Shown in pieces: positions 28,085 through 39,009 of a DNA stretch of 64,000 bases. The stretch spans positions 1 through 64,000 of the forward strand of contig CAVUPH010000010.1 of assembly GCA_963743305.1 (NCBI GenBank), in the 5' to 3' direction. The translations under genes and the position numbers were made by a program. Source of the stretch: an uncultured delta proteobacterium (GTDB taxonomy: Bacteria > Desulfobacterota > RBG-13-43-22). Position 1 is the stretch's first letter, and every line of letters begins with the position of its first letter. Under the pieces are notes generated by a model. It had not been told where the DNA came from and made no database searches. It worked only from the letters and a program-made list of their open reading frames with translations.

Positions 28085-28720
28085 TTAGTTTTCCAGGGTC
28101 ATTACTTCATCGGGCAGTTCTTCGATATCCCCCGGTGTTATTGGAAAATGCTCGGCCAAGAGATTCCCTATTCCTTGGATGGCCTGGACGAGGGCTCGCC
28201 CGGCCAGCCGGTCCCTGACTCCCGCCGACACCTGGCCTGCAAATTGATTCAGCGTTTCCTGCTTTATCTTTTCGTAAATCCCCTTATCGGCCAGGACCCA
28301 GACCTTTCTTTCCAGGAGTGAAAGAAAAAAAAGTACGCCCGTATGCCGCTGCGTTCTATACAGCCCCTTTTCGTAAAAAGCCTGCAAAGCCCTCCTTCTG
28401 ACCGCTGCCTCTTTTCTCCTGGCCCCTAGGAAGGGTGTTTTCAAGAAAGGGATTTTTTGGAACAGGAGGTACAAGGGGAGAAAGAAAAGGAAGTGGAGCG
28501 GGATGAGAAACCAGATCTGGCCGTGAAAGAACCATAGCGCCGCCACAAAGGCCAGCAGCCCGGCGATTAAAATTCCCCCCAGGAATTCTCCTTCGGGGTA
28601 GGGATCGCTCTGGTCAACCAGGATCACCGCTACTTCACCACTGGTCCGTGTTTCCATGGACTTGATCGCCCGGCTGATCTCTTCTTTTTCCTGTTGGGTG
28701 AAAAAATTATCGGCCTTCAA
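28085..28720 (-). CDS. TPM-domain membrane protein
   Basis: TTG start; ETRTSGE, TGVL, ADKGI, ELPDE. Confidence 0.85.
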   Translation of the reverse strand: MKADNFFTQQEKEEISRAIKSMETRTSGEVAVILVDQSDPYPEGEFLGGILIAGLLAFVAALWFFHGQIWFLIPLHFLFFLPLYLLFQKIPFLKTPFLGARRKEAAVRRRALQAFYEKGLYRTQRHTGVLFFLSLLERKVWVLADKGIYEKIKQETLNQFAGQVSAGVRDRLAGRALVQAIQGIGNLLAEHFPITPGDIEELPDEVMTLEN

Positions 28721-28778
28721 TCCGTATTTCCCCTTGGTTAACCCGCATTCCGCATCCAGCCTCAAGGTTCGGTTTTCC

Positions 28779-29654
28779 CTACCAGTCCCCCGAAGCCCCG
28801 CCGCCGCCGAAGTCCCCGCCGCCGCCGCTGAACCCGCCATCCGAGCCCCCGCCGCTCCAGCCGCCGCCTCCGGATCCAAAGAAGCCGCCTCCGAACCAGG
28901 GCCCGGATCCGGAAGATCCTCGGCCCGCGGAAAAAAGGGCGGGCAGCATAAACCCCAAACCAAACCCGATCAGACCCAGAATAATCAGGGCCGTTAACCC
29001 GAGCGGGAATAGTCCCAGGTTGGTGATCAAGGGTAGTCCGGCGGCGCCGGTTATTCCACCTAAAATACGGGACAGGCTGCCCAGAAAAAGTAAGAGAATC
29101 CCTAAAAAAAGGAGCAAGGTAAAAAAAGAAGGCGCCCCTTTTTTATGCTGGGCCGCCGGCCCCTGGGCGTCGCCCTTGAATTCGCCGCGGGTGGCGTCGA
29201 TGATAGCGGCCACCCCGGCGACAAAACCGCCGCTATAATCCCCCCGCTTGAAATTCGGCTTGATGACCAGATCGATGATCCGTCCGGAGAGCAGGTCCGT
29301 CAGGACCCCTTCCAACCCCTTGCCGACCTCGATGCGGATTTTTCGTTCCTGCTTGGCCACCAGCAGCAGCACCCCATTGTCTTTGGTCTGCTGGCCGATC
29401 TTCCAAGTGGTGGCGACCCGGATGGAGAAGCCTTCCAGGTCTTCCCCTTCGAGGGAAGGAATAGTCAGGATAACCACCTGGGTCGAATCGCTCTGCTCAA
29501 AGGCCCGGAGATCATTTTCCAGCTTGGCTTTGGCCTCCGGAGAGATCAGACCGGCATAGTCGTTCACATACCCCTGAAGCGCCGGCACCTCCAGAGCCGT
29601 TGCCTGTCCAGGCAGAAAAAGAACCAAAAATAAAATCCAAAAATATTTTTTCAT
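28779..29654 (-). CDS. TPM-domain protein (YgcG family)
   Basis: VNDYAG, DNGVLL, RIEVGKGLEG, Gly-rich tail GGGGASGDW. Confidence 0.92.
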   Translation of the reverse strand: MKKYFWILFLVLFLPGQATALEVPALQGYVNDYAGLISPEAKAKLENDLRAFEQSDSTQVVILTIPSLEGEDLEGFSIRVATTWKIGQQTKDNGVLLLVAKQERKIRIEVGKGLEGVLTDLLSGRIIDLVIKPNFKRGDYSGGFVAGVAAIIDATRGEFKGDAQGPAAQHKKGAPSFFTLLLFLGILLLFLGSLSRILGGITGAAGLPLITNLGLFPLGLTALIILGLIGFGLGFMLPALFSAGRGSSGSGPWFGGGFFGSGGGGWSGGGSDGGFSGGGGDFGGGGASGDW

Positions 29655-29661
29655 TAATTGT

Positions 29662-29804
29662 GATGGTTTCGCAAAAAGTCGAAAAACCCGTCATTGCGAG
29701 CGAAGCGAAGCAATCCCCCTCAAGGCAACTAGCTGATTCTTGGGGATTGCTTCGTCGTTTCACTCCTCGCAATGACAGGCCTGGGGATTTTTTGCGAATA
29801 CATC
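29662..29804. repeat. MITE-like palindromic element, copy 3
   Basis: GATGGTTTCGCAAAAAGTC...GTCATTGCGAG...CTCGCAATGAC...TTTTGCGAATACATC, between lemA and the TPM gene. Confidence 0.8.
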
Positions 29805-29826
29805 AATATTCGAATTTATGGCTTTA

Positions 29827-30411
29827 CTAAAACTTTACCTGGGGCGCTTTCTCCGCTCCGGCCTCGGCCTTGAACGGTTCTTTTAATTTCAGCTTCAGCA
29901 AAATACTATTGGTCAGGCTGTTGGGAAAGATGCGGATGGAGGTGTTAAAAATCTCCACCATCTTGTTGTATTTCCCCCGGGCTACGTTGATGCGGTTTTC
30001 CGTGCCCTCCAGTTGGTGCTGGAGGTCCAGAAAATTTTGGTTTGATTTCAAGTCCGGGTATCGTTCCACCACCACCATTAAGCGGGACAGCGCGCTGCTC
30101 ATGGATGCCTGGGCGCCTTGAAACTGGGACATGGCGTTAGGGTCCTCGATGATGCTCTTGTCCACCTTAATACTGCCCACCTTGGCCCGGGCCTCCGTCA
30201 CGGCAATGAGGGTATCTTTTTCCTGCTTGGCATAGCCCTTGACGGTTTCCACCAGGTTAGGGACCAAGTCGTTCCGGCGCTGGTAGGAGGATTCCACGTC
30301 CCCCCAGGCGGCCTTAACCGCCTCCTCGTTCTGCTGAATGGTGTTGTACCCGCAGCCATAAACACTCAGCATTCCAATTAGTAAAACTATCCAGATCAGG
30401 TTTCTTTTCAT
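29827..30411 (-). CDS. lemA: LemA family protein
   Basis: GCGYN lipobox-like, [26 protein letters not shown]. Confidence 0.95.
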   Translation of the reverse strand: MKRNLIWIVLLIGMLSVYGCGYNTIQQNEEAVKAAWGDVESSYQRRNDLVPNLVETVKGYAKQEKDTLIAVTEARAKVGSIKVDKSIIEDPNAMSQFQGAQASMSSALSRLMVVVERYPDLKSNQNFLDLQHQLEGTENRINVARGKYNKMVEIFNTSIRIFPNSLTNSILLKLKLKEPFKAEAGAEKAPQVKF

Positions 30412-30624
30412 GAACGATTCTCCCTTTACGGTAAAATTCCTATTCTTCCGTTTATCCATAAAAGAGGATAACGGAAAATCTCAAAAAAATCAAGTCGAAG
30501 GAAGACGTCCGGTCTATTGTCCCCAACCGCAGGGTCACCTTCTTTTCTCCTTGACCCTGCCGGTTCTCTTTTTCTATACTTTCAATGAAAGACTGATTAA
30601 TCCATAAGATGCGGAGGGACGACC

Positions 30625-30975
30625 ATGAAAACAATACCGCTCGATCAAGTAGCGAAGTCGAAAATGGCCATGGAAGGCGCCAAGGATGTCTATAAGCAGC
30701 TCCCTATCTCCAAGGCGGACGGGACACCGTCGTTTTCTTTTCGGGTATTTACCATTGAACCGGGAGGCCATACTCCCTACCACACCCATGAATTCGAGCA
30801 CCTGAATTATATCATCGAAGGCCAGGGCGTCCTGGTCAACGAAGCCGGAAAGGAAAGTCCGGTAAAAAAAGGGGATTTTGCTCTGGTTTTGCCCGGTGAA
30901 AAACATCAATATCGGAATACCTCGGCCGATCACCCCTTCCTCATGATCTGCGCCGTACCCAAGGAATATGAATGA
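30625..30975 (+). CDS. Cupin domain protein
   Basis: PGGHTPYHTHEFEH...GEKHQYRN. Confidence 0.9.
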   Translation: MKTIPLDQVAKSKMAMEGAKDVYKQLPISKADGTPSFSFRVFTIEPGGHTPYHTHEFEHLNYIIEGQGVLVNEAGKESPVKKGDFALVLPGEKHQYRNTSADHPFLMICAVPKEYE

Positions 30976-31071
30976 GGGATAAATTGGATCAGCTTTTGGA
31001 GAAGCGGGCCGAGAAAAAGTAACGATGAGTGAACCAACGGCTATGGCGTCCTTTCGGGCAAGAAACAGCCA

Positions 31072-32004
31072 GTGAAGAAACCCCCTGCCCATAAGTGGCT
31101 TTTTAGTTCCCGTTTTCGGCGGCAGGCCTATGGCTGGCATTCCTCCTCCTTGGCCGTTCAACGGGTCAAGGAAGCGCTGCGCGAGATCAGAAACGCCGCG
31201 GCTAAAGACCCCCTTCTGGGGGCCGAAGGGGCGGTGCTTTTTCTGGAGAAGGTTTCCCCGGCCCTGGAGCAGGTGGACAGTTCCTCGGGGGCTATCGGGA
31301 CGGCGGTCAACCAGGCGATCGAGGATTTGGTTCCCCTGATCGTCGCGGCCCCGGCCGACGACCGTTCACGAGATCGCTGGCTGAAAAGACTGGAGGCTGC
31401 TGTAGAAGCGGATGATGTTCCTTATGCCGAGAATTCCAGTGCTCTGAGCAACAGCCCGGTCGCCATAGCCCGAACTTGTGAAGAAATCCTGCTTTCCAGC
31501 GGTCTGGTTGAGGAGGCCTATAGACGTTATGCCCTATTGGCCAATCAATCGACGACTTATCTAAATACTTTTCGGGCCTTGGTCCGTAAATATCCCCATA
31601 AAGGGCCAGAGGCCATTTTGCAGGATCTGATCAAAAGCACTCCGGGGAATGAAGGAAAATGGTTCGCGGCAGCCAAATCGGCAGGATTTTACGAAACGGC
31701 CATTGAACTGGCCAACCAGTCCCCCTGTGATCCCAAAACACTCACCCGCGCCTCAATAGAATTGGCGACGAAAGTACCCCGGTTTGCTCTGGAGGCCGGA
31801 CTGGCGGCACTGCGTTGGCTGGTAGAAGGTTATGGATACGAAATTACCGGCCTGGACGTCTGGAAGGCCTTTGATGCCACGATGAAGGCGGCCGATTTGG
31901 CCGGATGCCGGACTGGAACCCTGGAACGGATCCGGCGTCTGGTTGGGGGTGGAGGGGCAGGCGCCAAATTCGTGGCCGAGGCATTGGGGACCCGGTTGGT
32001 CTGA
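31072..32004 (+). CDS. Conserved hypothetical protein, possibly with an in-frame internal deletion
   Basis: Long ORF with VDSSSGAIGTAV and GKWFAAAK blocks. Confidence 0.6.
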   Translation: MKKPPAHKWLFSSRFRRQAYGWHSSSLAVQRVKEALREIRNAAAKDPLLGAEGAVLFLEKVSPALEQVDSSSGAIGTAVNQAIEDLVPLIVAAPADDRSRDRWLKRLEAAVEADDVPYAENSSALSNSPVAIARTCEEILLSSGLVEEAYRRYALLANQSTTYLNTFRALVRKYPHKGPEAILQDLIKSTPGNEGKWFAAAKSAGFYETAIELANQSPCDPKTLTRASIELATKVPRFALEAGLAALRWLVEGYGYEITGLDVWKAFDATMKAADLAGCRTGTLERIRRLVGGGGAGAKFVAEALGTRLV

Positions 32005-32015
32005 AACCCGCCCAT

Positions 32016-33648
32016 TCATGGTTCTTTCCCCAGCATTTCCATCATCATCTCCCGCATCTTGAACTTTTGCATCTTCCCGGAACGGGTCATGGGGAATTCA
32101 TTCACCAGGCGGATATAGTCCGGATAGAGCAGTTCGGGTAGGTGTTCCCGGCAGTGGGCCCGGACCGTTTCTTCAGTTAAGGAAACGCCCTCTTTGGCCT
32201 TGACCCAGACCGCCACACCTTCTCCCCGGGCCGGATCGAGGCACCCCGAAGGCCTGGACCATGGCCACCCCCGACAGTTTATAGATGCCGTCCTCGATCT
32301 CGGTGGGCAATAGTTCCTTTCCATCCTTGACGATGACGTCCTTCCATCGTCCGGTGATTCGGAAATACCCTTGGGCGTCACGCGTACCCAGGTCTCCGGT
32401 GTGATACCAGCCATCTCGGTCGACCACCCGGGCGGTGGCTTCCGGATTGTGAAAATAGCCTTTCATCAATAAGCCCCGGGTGCAGATTTCCCCCGGCTGT
32501 CCATCCGGAAGGTCTTCGCCGGTCAGCGGGTCCACGATTTTGACTTCACAATTGGGCAGGGCCTTCCCGATGGTGGAGACCCGCAACTCCAGGGGATCGT
32601 CGGGCAGGGTCTGGGTGACCCAGGAGGAGGCTTCGGTGATGCCGTAGGCGATGGCCAGTTCCCGGACCCCCATTTCGGTAACGATGCGCTTCATCAGGGC
32701 CAGGGGGCAGGGCGCTCCGCCAACGATGCCGGTTCGCAGGTTTCCCGGTTGAAAACCCCTGAATGGGGGCGCTTCGAGAAGGGCCAGGAACATGGAGGGG
32801 GAACCGTAAATGGCGGTACACCGCTCGCCGGTCAGGGCCGAGATGACCTCCGGAGGTGAAAACTGGTCTGAAGGAATGACCAGGGCTGCACCCCGAAGCA
32901 AGCCGGATAGACAGATACAGGTGTTACCGAACATGTGATAGAGCGGAAAGAAAAGACAAAGGCGATCCTCTGCCGAAATTTTCATCCTTTCCGTGGAGGC
33001 CAGCGACTTGTTTAAAATCCCTCGGTGATCGACCACCACCCCCTTGGGTTTCCCAGTAGTCCCGGAAGTGAATAGGAGCATCAGAGGGTCTTCCGGCTTC
33101 AGGGAGTCCTCCCGTCCCCTCAGTTGGGAGGGAGAGACCCGCTCTCCCCAGGCGGATAGCTCCTTTAAGCCGGGGAGCGGGATCTCGGTTTCCGAAAGGG
33201 TGATGATGGAGCGCAGCGAGGGAAGCGGCTTTTTCTGAAGGGGATTGGTTTCCCAGAAGTCCGGGGCCAGGGAGCGGAGCATTTCCAGGTAAGAACCGTT
33301 CGGGCCTTCCTGGGTTAATACCGCCTTTGCCCCGGACTGGGAAAGGGCGTAGCGCAGCTCTTCAAGGCCATAACCGGGATCCAGGGCCATCAGGACGGCC
33401 CCGGTTTTGGCCAGGGCCACCTGAGCCAGGACCCATTCCGGACAGTTCGATCCCCAGAGGGCCACCGGGTCCCCTTTCTGAATCCCCAGGGCCATCAATC
33501 CGCGAGCCAGTCGTCCTGCCTGATCCATGAAAGCCCGGTAGGCGAAACGGATTCCCCGCTGCGGATGGACTAAAGCCTCCCGCTCGGGATGTTCACGGGC
33601 GACCTTGTTCAACCAGGCGCCTACCGTGGATTCCTGAATGTTAATCAT
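32016..33648 (-). CDS. AMP-binding acyl-CoA synthetase, +1 frameshift near 32237
   Basis: FTSGTTGKPKG, YGITE, TGDLG; C-terminus (..SGKMQKFKMRE) lies in a second frame. Confidence 0.85.
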
Positions 33649-33758
33649 GATAACCTCGCCCGGGAATAAGTTGTTTTTAAACTCCGGATATGCTACAAAG
33701 GCGCCTTATTATAAGATGGATTCTTACATTTAATCTATCTATAAAAGCGAGGAATTTT

Positions 33759-34748
33759 ATGGCGGAACATTTTTATTTCGGTAAGAAAATACTGATTACC
33801 GGGGGGTTGGGTTTCCTGGGCAGCACGCTGGCGATCAAACTGGTCGAATTGGGGGCCGAAGTGACCCTCCTGGACGGGATGATCCCGGATTTGGGGGCCA
33901 ATTTTTTCAATATCGAGCCGGTCAAAGATCGGGTGAAAGTAGTTATCGCCAATCTGGGAGACCGGGCGGCCACGGATTATTATGTGCGGGACAAAGATCT
34001 GATTTATAACATCGGCATGCACTCCTGCCACCTGGAATCCATGGCCAATCCGGTCTATGATCTGGAAACCAATGTGATTCCCCAGGTCCATTTCCTGGAA
34101 TCCCTTCGCGCCTTTAACCCGCAAACCCGGGTAGTGTATATCGGGACCCGGGCCCAGTACGGTCAGGCACTGACCATCCCCATCACGGAAGAGACCCCGC
34201 CAAATCCCAAAGATATTTACGCCGCCACCAAACAGGCCGTGGAATGGTACCACCTGCTCTATAATAAGATTTGCGGTCTTCAGGTGACCTCCTTGCGGCT
34301 GGGCAATACCTACGGACCCCGCCATCAAATGCGGCATCCCAAGTACGGAGTCCAAAATTTCTTAATCCGGCTGGCCCTGGAGGACCAGGAGATCAAGGTT
34401 TTTGGTGACGGCAGCCAGAAGCGGGAGATGATTTATGTGGAGGACATTATCCGTTGTCTGCTGCTTCTGGGAGAGAAGGAGGTTTGCCTGAACCAGGTAT
34501 ACAGCATCGGCAGCGCCGAAGCCATAACCTTTCTGGAACTGGTCCAGGCGATACTGCGAGCCTGCGGGTCCGGCCGCTATGTCCACGCGCCCTGGCCGGA
34601 AGAACGGAAGACCATCGAGGTGGGCGATGTGGTCACGGATTTCTCCAGACTGACGGCCCACACGGGTTGGAAACCGACCACCCTGCTGGCCGAAGGACTC
34701 CAAAAAACCGTTGACTACTATCGGCTTTATCGCCGGCGGTACTGGTAG
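33759..34748 (+). CDS. NAD-dependent epimerase/dehydratase
   Basis: ITGGLGFLGS, YAATK, GNTYGPR. Confidence 0.9.
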   Translation: MAEHFYFGKKILITGGLGFLGSTLAIKLVELGAEVTLLDGMIPDLGANFFNIEPVKDRVKVVIANLGDRAATDYYVRDKDLIYNIGMHSCHLESMANPVYDLETNVIPQVHFLESLRAFNPQTRVVYIGTRAQYGQALTIPITEETPPNPKDIYAATKQAVEWYHLLYNKICGLQVTSLRLGNTYGPRHQMRHPKYGVQNFLIRLALEDQEIKVFGDGSQKREMIYVEDIIRCLLLLGEKEVCLNQVYSIGSAEAITFLELVQAILRACGSGRYVHAPWPEERKTIEVGDVVTDFSRLTAHTGWKPTTLLAEGLQKTVDYYRLYRRRYW

Positions 34749-34756
34749 GCCGTTCC

Positions 34757-35575
34757 ATGTCGCTCTGGACCGCGGTGATTCTGGGGATCGTCGAAGGTCT
34801 GACCGAATTCCTCCCCGTCTCCTCCACCGGCCATTTGATCCTGGCCGGGCAACTGCTTCGTTTCCATGGGCAGGTCGCCAAAACGTTTGACGTGGTGATC
34901 CAATTGGGGGCCATCCTGGCGGTGGTTTGGCTCTATCGGCAGCGGTTTAAAGCCTTGATGCCGCTGGAAGGCTGGCGGAAATTCACCAAGACCAGCCAGG
35001 GGCTGAAAGGTCTGCGCGGCTGTCTGTTGTTGGGCTTGACTACGCTGCCGGCCTTGCTGGTGGGTAAATTCGCTTATAGTTCCATCAAGGCCTATCTTTT
35101 CAATGCCGGCAGCGTGGCCGTGGCCCTGGCCGTGGGAGGGGTGGGCATTCTTCTGGTCGAACGCCGTAAACGCGACCAGGGGATCGTCTCGCTGGATAAT
35201 ATTACCTGGGGACAGGCCTTGGTCATCGGCTTGTTTCAATGCCTGTCCATGTGGCCGGGAATCTCCCGGGCCGGAGCGACGATTGTCGGCGGGATGCTCG
35301 GGGGACTGAAGCGGAAAACCGCGGCCGAGTATTCCTTCCTGGCCGCCGTTCCGGTGATGATCGCGGCCTCCGGTTATGATTTCTGGAAAACCCGGGCCCT
35401 CTTCAACGCCTCCGATTTATGGTTTCTGGGGGTTGGATTTGCGGTGGCCTTCGTCGTGGCCTACTTTACCGTGGCCGCCTTTATCCGGCTGCTGGGCCGC
35501 TGGACCTTAAAGCCTTTTGCCTGGTACCGGATCGCGTTGGCCCCGGTCATCCTGCTTTTCTGGCCGAAAGGATGA
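34757..35575 (+). CDS. uppP: Undecaprenyl-diphosphate phosphatase
   Basis: GIVEGLTEFLPVSSTGH, PGISRAG. Confidence 0.95.
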   Translation: MSLWTAVILGIVEGLTEFLPVSSTGHLILAGQLLRFHGQVAKTFDVVIQLGAILAVVWLYRQRFKALMPLEGWRKFTKTSQGLKGLRGCLLLGLTTLPALLVGKFAYSSIKAYLFNAGSVAVALAVGGVGILLVERRKRDQGIVSLDNITWGQALVIGLFQCLSMWPGISRAGATIVGGMLGGLKRKTAAEYSFLAAVPVMIAASGYDFWKTRALFNASDLWFLGVGFAVAFVVAYFTVAAFIRLLGRWTLKPFAWYRIALAPVILLFWPKG

Positions 35576-35584
35576 CCGGCGGTT

Positions 35585-35700
35585 CAATTGAGAATTGGCA
35601 ATTGATAATTGATTGTTGACAATTAAGGTCTTTGAGGTCTTTTACACTTTCCAGGGTACTACACCAATAATCAATTGATTAATTCTTAATTATTAATGAT
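35585..35700. repeat. Degenerate 7-mer tandem repeats (CAATTGA) with inverted copy between convergent genes
   Basis: caattga gaattgg caattga taattga ... taatcaattgattaatt. Confidence 0.5.
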
Positions 35701-35728
35701 ACCTGGTCTCCCAGACTAATCCATCGGT

Positions 35729-36586
35729 TTAGAGCGAGGAATAGAAACTGCTCGTATCCAAACCGATAGGGCCCAGGACCTTTTCATCCAGCCCCAGACT
35801 CAAACCCAGCAACTGCGGATACAGGAGGGAGGGCAGGGAAAGGCCCGGTGCCTCTTCCCCCGTTGGGTTCTCCGGTTTCCGGGTAAATTGCATCTGGCAA
35901 TGAGGGCAGGCGACGCAGAGAACATCCGCCCCGGCCTTCCGGGCCGACTCCATTTTTTTTCGCATCAACTCCAAAGACAGGGGATCGTTTTTATCCCGCA
36001 GGGGATCTCCGCAGCATTGCAGTCTCAGGGGCCAATCCACGCTGATCCCGCCGGTTACCTCCACCAGCGTCTCAAACTTGGTGGGGGTGGCGGCATGGTC
36101 GAATCGAACGACGTCCCGGGGACGCAGGATATGACAGCCATAATGGGCGGCCACCTTCAGCGACTTGAAGGGCCGCTTAGTGTTCCCCCAAATGGCCTCC
36201 GGACCTATTTCATCGGCTAAAACGTGGAGGAGATGTTTTATTTCAATTCGGGGGGGATAGCGCAGGCCCTCTTCCTTCAGCAGCAGGGTGATATCCTTCA
36301 ACAGGGCCTCATTTTGCCGCATGAGGATATCGGCGTAGCGCAAGGTGCCGTAACAGCACTGGCACAGGCAGAGCAAGGGCAACCCTTTTTCACCGGCCAA
36401 GGCCAGATTGCGGGCCGAGGAATAAATAAAGGACCGGAAATCCAGAAATCGGACGGGATAGCCGCAGCAGTTAAATTCCAGATCCAGCAGCTCGATCCCA
36501 AACCGCTCCAGGACAGCTCGACTGGCGGTTCCAAAATAGGGAAGGTAATAAGGAATCTTGCAGCCGGGGAAGAGGACGTATTTCAT
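35729..36586 (-). CDS. HdrB-like CCG-domain protein
   Basis: FPGC, CCG, CQCC, HYGC, CCG, CPHC. Confidence 0.88.
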   Translation of the reverse strand: MKYVLFPGCKIPYYLPYFGTASRAVLERFGIELLDLEFNCCGYPVRFLDFRSFIYSSARNLALAGEKGLPLLCLCQCCYGTLRYADILMRQNEALLKDITLLLKEEGLRYPPRIEIKHLLHVLADEIGPEAIWGNTKRPFKSLKVAAHYGCHILRPRDVVRFDHAATPTKFETLVEVTGGISVDWPLRLQCCGDPLRDKNDPLSLELMRKKMESARKAGADVLCVACPHCQMQFTRKPENPTGEEAPGLSLPSLLYPQLLGLSLGLDEKVLGPIGLDTSSFYSSL

Positions 36587-38286
36587 GACGCACCCCCTGA
36601 AAGGCCGGTTTCCGAGGGCTTAGCCTTCAACTGCTGGAAGGCCAGATTCTTGAGTTCAAAAAGGATGTCGGTTACCCGAATATCCTGGGGACAGTTTTCC
36701 TGACATTGATAACAGCCCAGGCAGTCCCAGACCATCCTGGCTCCCAGAACCTGGGAGGCCAACCCGAATTTCAGGCTGTACATGATCTGGTGGGGAAGCA
36801 GACCCAGGACGGTCATAGGATTGGCGTAACTCATCACCACCGGGCAGGAATTGGAACAGGTCAGACAGGTATAACAGGGGTTGAAACTGCTTCCCTGACT
36901 GGAGAGCAACATTTCCTTTTTGAAGGCCTTGCCTTCCGGAGCCAGGGGGATCACCGTTTTGCTTCGATCGGCATCAAACTTGGAAACAAAAGCGTCGCGG
37001 GTGGAACTAAAAAGATCGGGACAACCCCGATGAGCCAGGTCCTGCTGCATGCAGGACCAGAGCTGCAGCGTATTGATTCCTATCGGGCAGTATAAGTTGC
37101 CGCGGTAACAGCCGGTACAGAGGGAGTTGCCCTCCTGGAAAGCACGCAGTTCCGATGCGGGCAGGTTTTTTTGGCGGGACAAGGTCTGAAAGGCGATCAA
37201 TTTTTCAGAAGACATCAGGTAGGGATTTCCCAGTCGAAGACTGATCGGCCGCACCGAACAATGCTGGCTGCAAATAGCGCAATGGGTACAGGCATCCAGT
37301 TCAATGGCCTGGATAGTGGCCAGGTCGGCCGGTGAGAGGACCTTTCGATCTGTAACTCCGTTGATCAGCAGGATCAGGGGACTGGTAAAGAGATGAAAGA
37401 ATTTGGTGAAGGGAAGGACAGCCAGCCCCAGAAAAGAACTTAAAAAGTGAAGGTACCAGAGCAGGGTGCTGATCCCGGCAGCGGTCAGAGTCAGTGCCAG
37501 GGGTCGGACGGCTCTGGCGATTCCATAAGAAACAAAGGCCGCGGAAGGCCGGGAATGGCATTGGGCGCAATTCAGGTCGTGCAGTGCCCTACCTTTTCTT
37601 AAGAGCTCCGGGTCCGGGCGGGTTTCCGGTCCCGGGAAGACCACTCCGAAATCCCTGCTCCAATAGGCCCGCAAGGCCTGGAGTTCCCGGTCGTCCTGGA
37701 TAAAACCGAATTCCTGAACCATCTCCTGGAAGCGCTGGGGGGAAACGATCTTGGAGGCCTCCAGCAGAAAACCGGAAAGGATGATCAGCCCCAGGAGGAC
37801 CAGGGCGAAGATATCCTGCCGTCCGGTGGTCAGGCGCAGGACCTGGTCCCGGAACCGGCGATAAGCCGCGATGGCCAGTCCCAGGAGCAGGAGGACGCCA
37901 AAGAAATTGCGCAGGAACAAAAAGGGGTTCAGCGTGGAAACATATTCGGGGAAAAGTCTGATGGTAATGTACCGGTCCAGGGCATGGAAGAAAAGCAGGA
38001 ACAAAAAGCCGTAAAACAGGGTTAGATGCATGAACCAGCGGAGGGACCCTTCTTTCTTCAGTCGCAATTGGAGGAAGACGTCCTGGAAAAGGATTTTTCC
38101 CAGTAGAAGGATCCGGTGGCTGAAGAGCACAGACGTCAGACCCCGGAGCGCGGAGGTGAGGCGCCGGATTGGAGAGATCCCCCGGGATTGATCGCCGATA
38201 GCGCAACGAAACCAGTAAACCAGTTTATAGACCAGTCCCGCTCCGAAGAGTGCAAGAGAAAAATAAAGGGCCCAGCGAAAGAACAT
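36583..38286 (-). CDS. Membrane protein: NarI/HdrE-like cytochrome b domain, CxxCH loop and HdrC-like 4Fe-4S domains
   Basis: RWFMH and KFFHLF heme-b His; CAQCH; four CxxCxxC-type motifs, one degenerate. Confidence 0.8.
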   Translation of the reverse strand: MFFRWALYFSLALFGAGLVYKLVYWFRCAIGDQSRGISPIRRLTSALRGLTSVLFSHRILLLGKILFQDVFLQLRLKKEGSLRWFMHLTLFYGFLFLLFFHALDRYITIRLFPEYVSTLNPFLFLRNFFGVLLLLGLAIAAYRRFRDQVLRLTTGRQDIFALVLLGLIILSGFLLEASKIVSPQRFQEMVQEFGFIQDDRELQALRAYWSRDFGVVFPGPETRPDPELLRKGRALHDLNCAQCHSRPSAAFVSYGIARAVRPLALTLTAAGISTLLWYLHFLSSFLGLAVLPFTKFFHLFTSPLILLINGVTDRKVLSPADLATIQAIELDACTHCAICSQHCSVRPISLRLGNPYLMSSEKLIAFQTLSRQKNLPASELRAFQEGNSLCTGCYRGNLYCPIGINTLQLWSCMQQDLAHRGCPDLFSSTRDAFVSKFDADRSKTVIPLAPEGKAFKKEMLLSSQGSSFNPCYTCLTCSNSCPVVMSYANPMTVLGLLPHQIMYSLKFGLASQVLGARMVWDCLGCYQCQENCPQDIRVTDILFELKNLAFQQLKAKPSETGLSGGAS

Positions 38287-38482
38287 AAGAGTATTTCAAT
38301 CGGCTAGTTTAAACGAATAATAAACCCCTCTAGCGCTACCCGCTCCCTATGATAGCCCCCCCCGGCCGGCGGAAGGGCATTTGATTTTTTGTCTACTTAA
38401 TTATATACTATAAAGCAAAAAGCAGGTCTTCCAATGGAAATCTTGAGGTTTGGGGAAATATTATTGGGATAAAGGAATTGCC

Positions 38483-38944
38483 ATGAAACCGGAATATCAA
38501 AAAATTCTTTTCTGTTCGGACTTTTCCCTGGATGCGGATTATGCCTTTTATACGGCCCTGGACCTGACTGAACGATACGGAGCCCACCTGTACCTGGTTC
38601 ATGTCTTGTCGGCAACGGATAACTTATCCGACGCCTTAGAAGACCATCCGGAAGCCCAAAAGGCTAGCCTGGATGACGGGGAAATGATAGAGCCGGTAAA
38701 GCGGAGACTGATCGATCGGTACCTCCACCGATTGGGGGGGTACCCCCATTATGAGTTTCAGGTGTTGAAGGGCGTTCCCATTGTAGAGATCGTCCGTTTC
38801 GCCCGATTGCAGGAGGTGGATTTAATCGTTTTGGGAGCGGCCGGCAGTTCCAAGGCAAACAAACTCCACTTCGGCAGCACCGCCGAGAATGTGGCCCGCC
38901 GCGCCCAGTGCACGGTGATGTGCATTCGAAACCCCAAGAGGTAA
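38483..38944 (+). CDS. Universal stress protein
   Basis: ILFCSDFS...FGSTAENVARRAQCTV. Confidence 0.9.
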   Translation: MKPEYQKILFCSDFSLDADYAFYTALDLTERYGAHLYLVHVLSATDNLSDALEDHPEAQKASLDDGEMIEPVKRRLIDRYLHRLGGYPHYEFQVLKGVPIVEIVRFARLQEVDLIVLGAAGSSKANKLHFGSTAENVARRAQCTVMCIRNPKR

Positions 38945-39009
38945 GCGATGACCTTACGGCCGCTTTCCTCTATTTCTAAAAAAGGTGCAGCTACCCAAGA
39001 AAAGCTGTC

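Noticed and set aside
8555-29804. CRISPR array
   Set aside because: The repeats are dispersed palindromes without spacers, and no cas genes are seen
38464-38482. Sigma54 promoter upstream of the usp gene at 38483
   Set aside because: GG-to-GC spacing is 11-12 nt rather than 10, and the site overlaps the RBS
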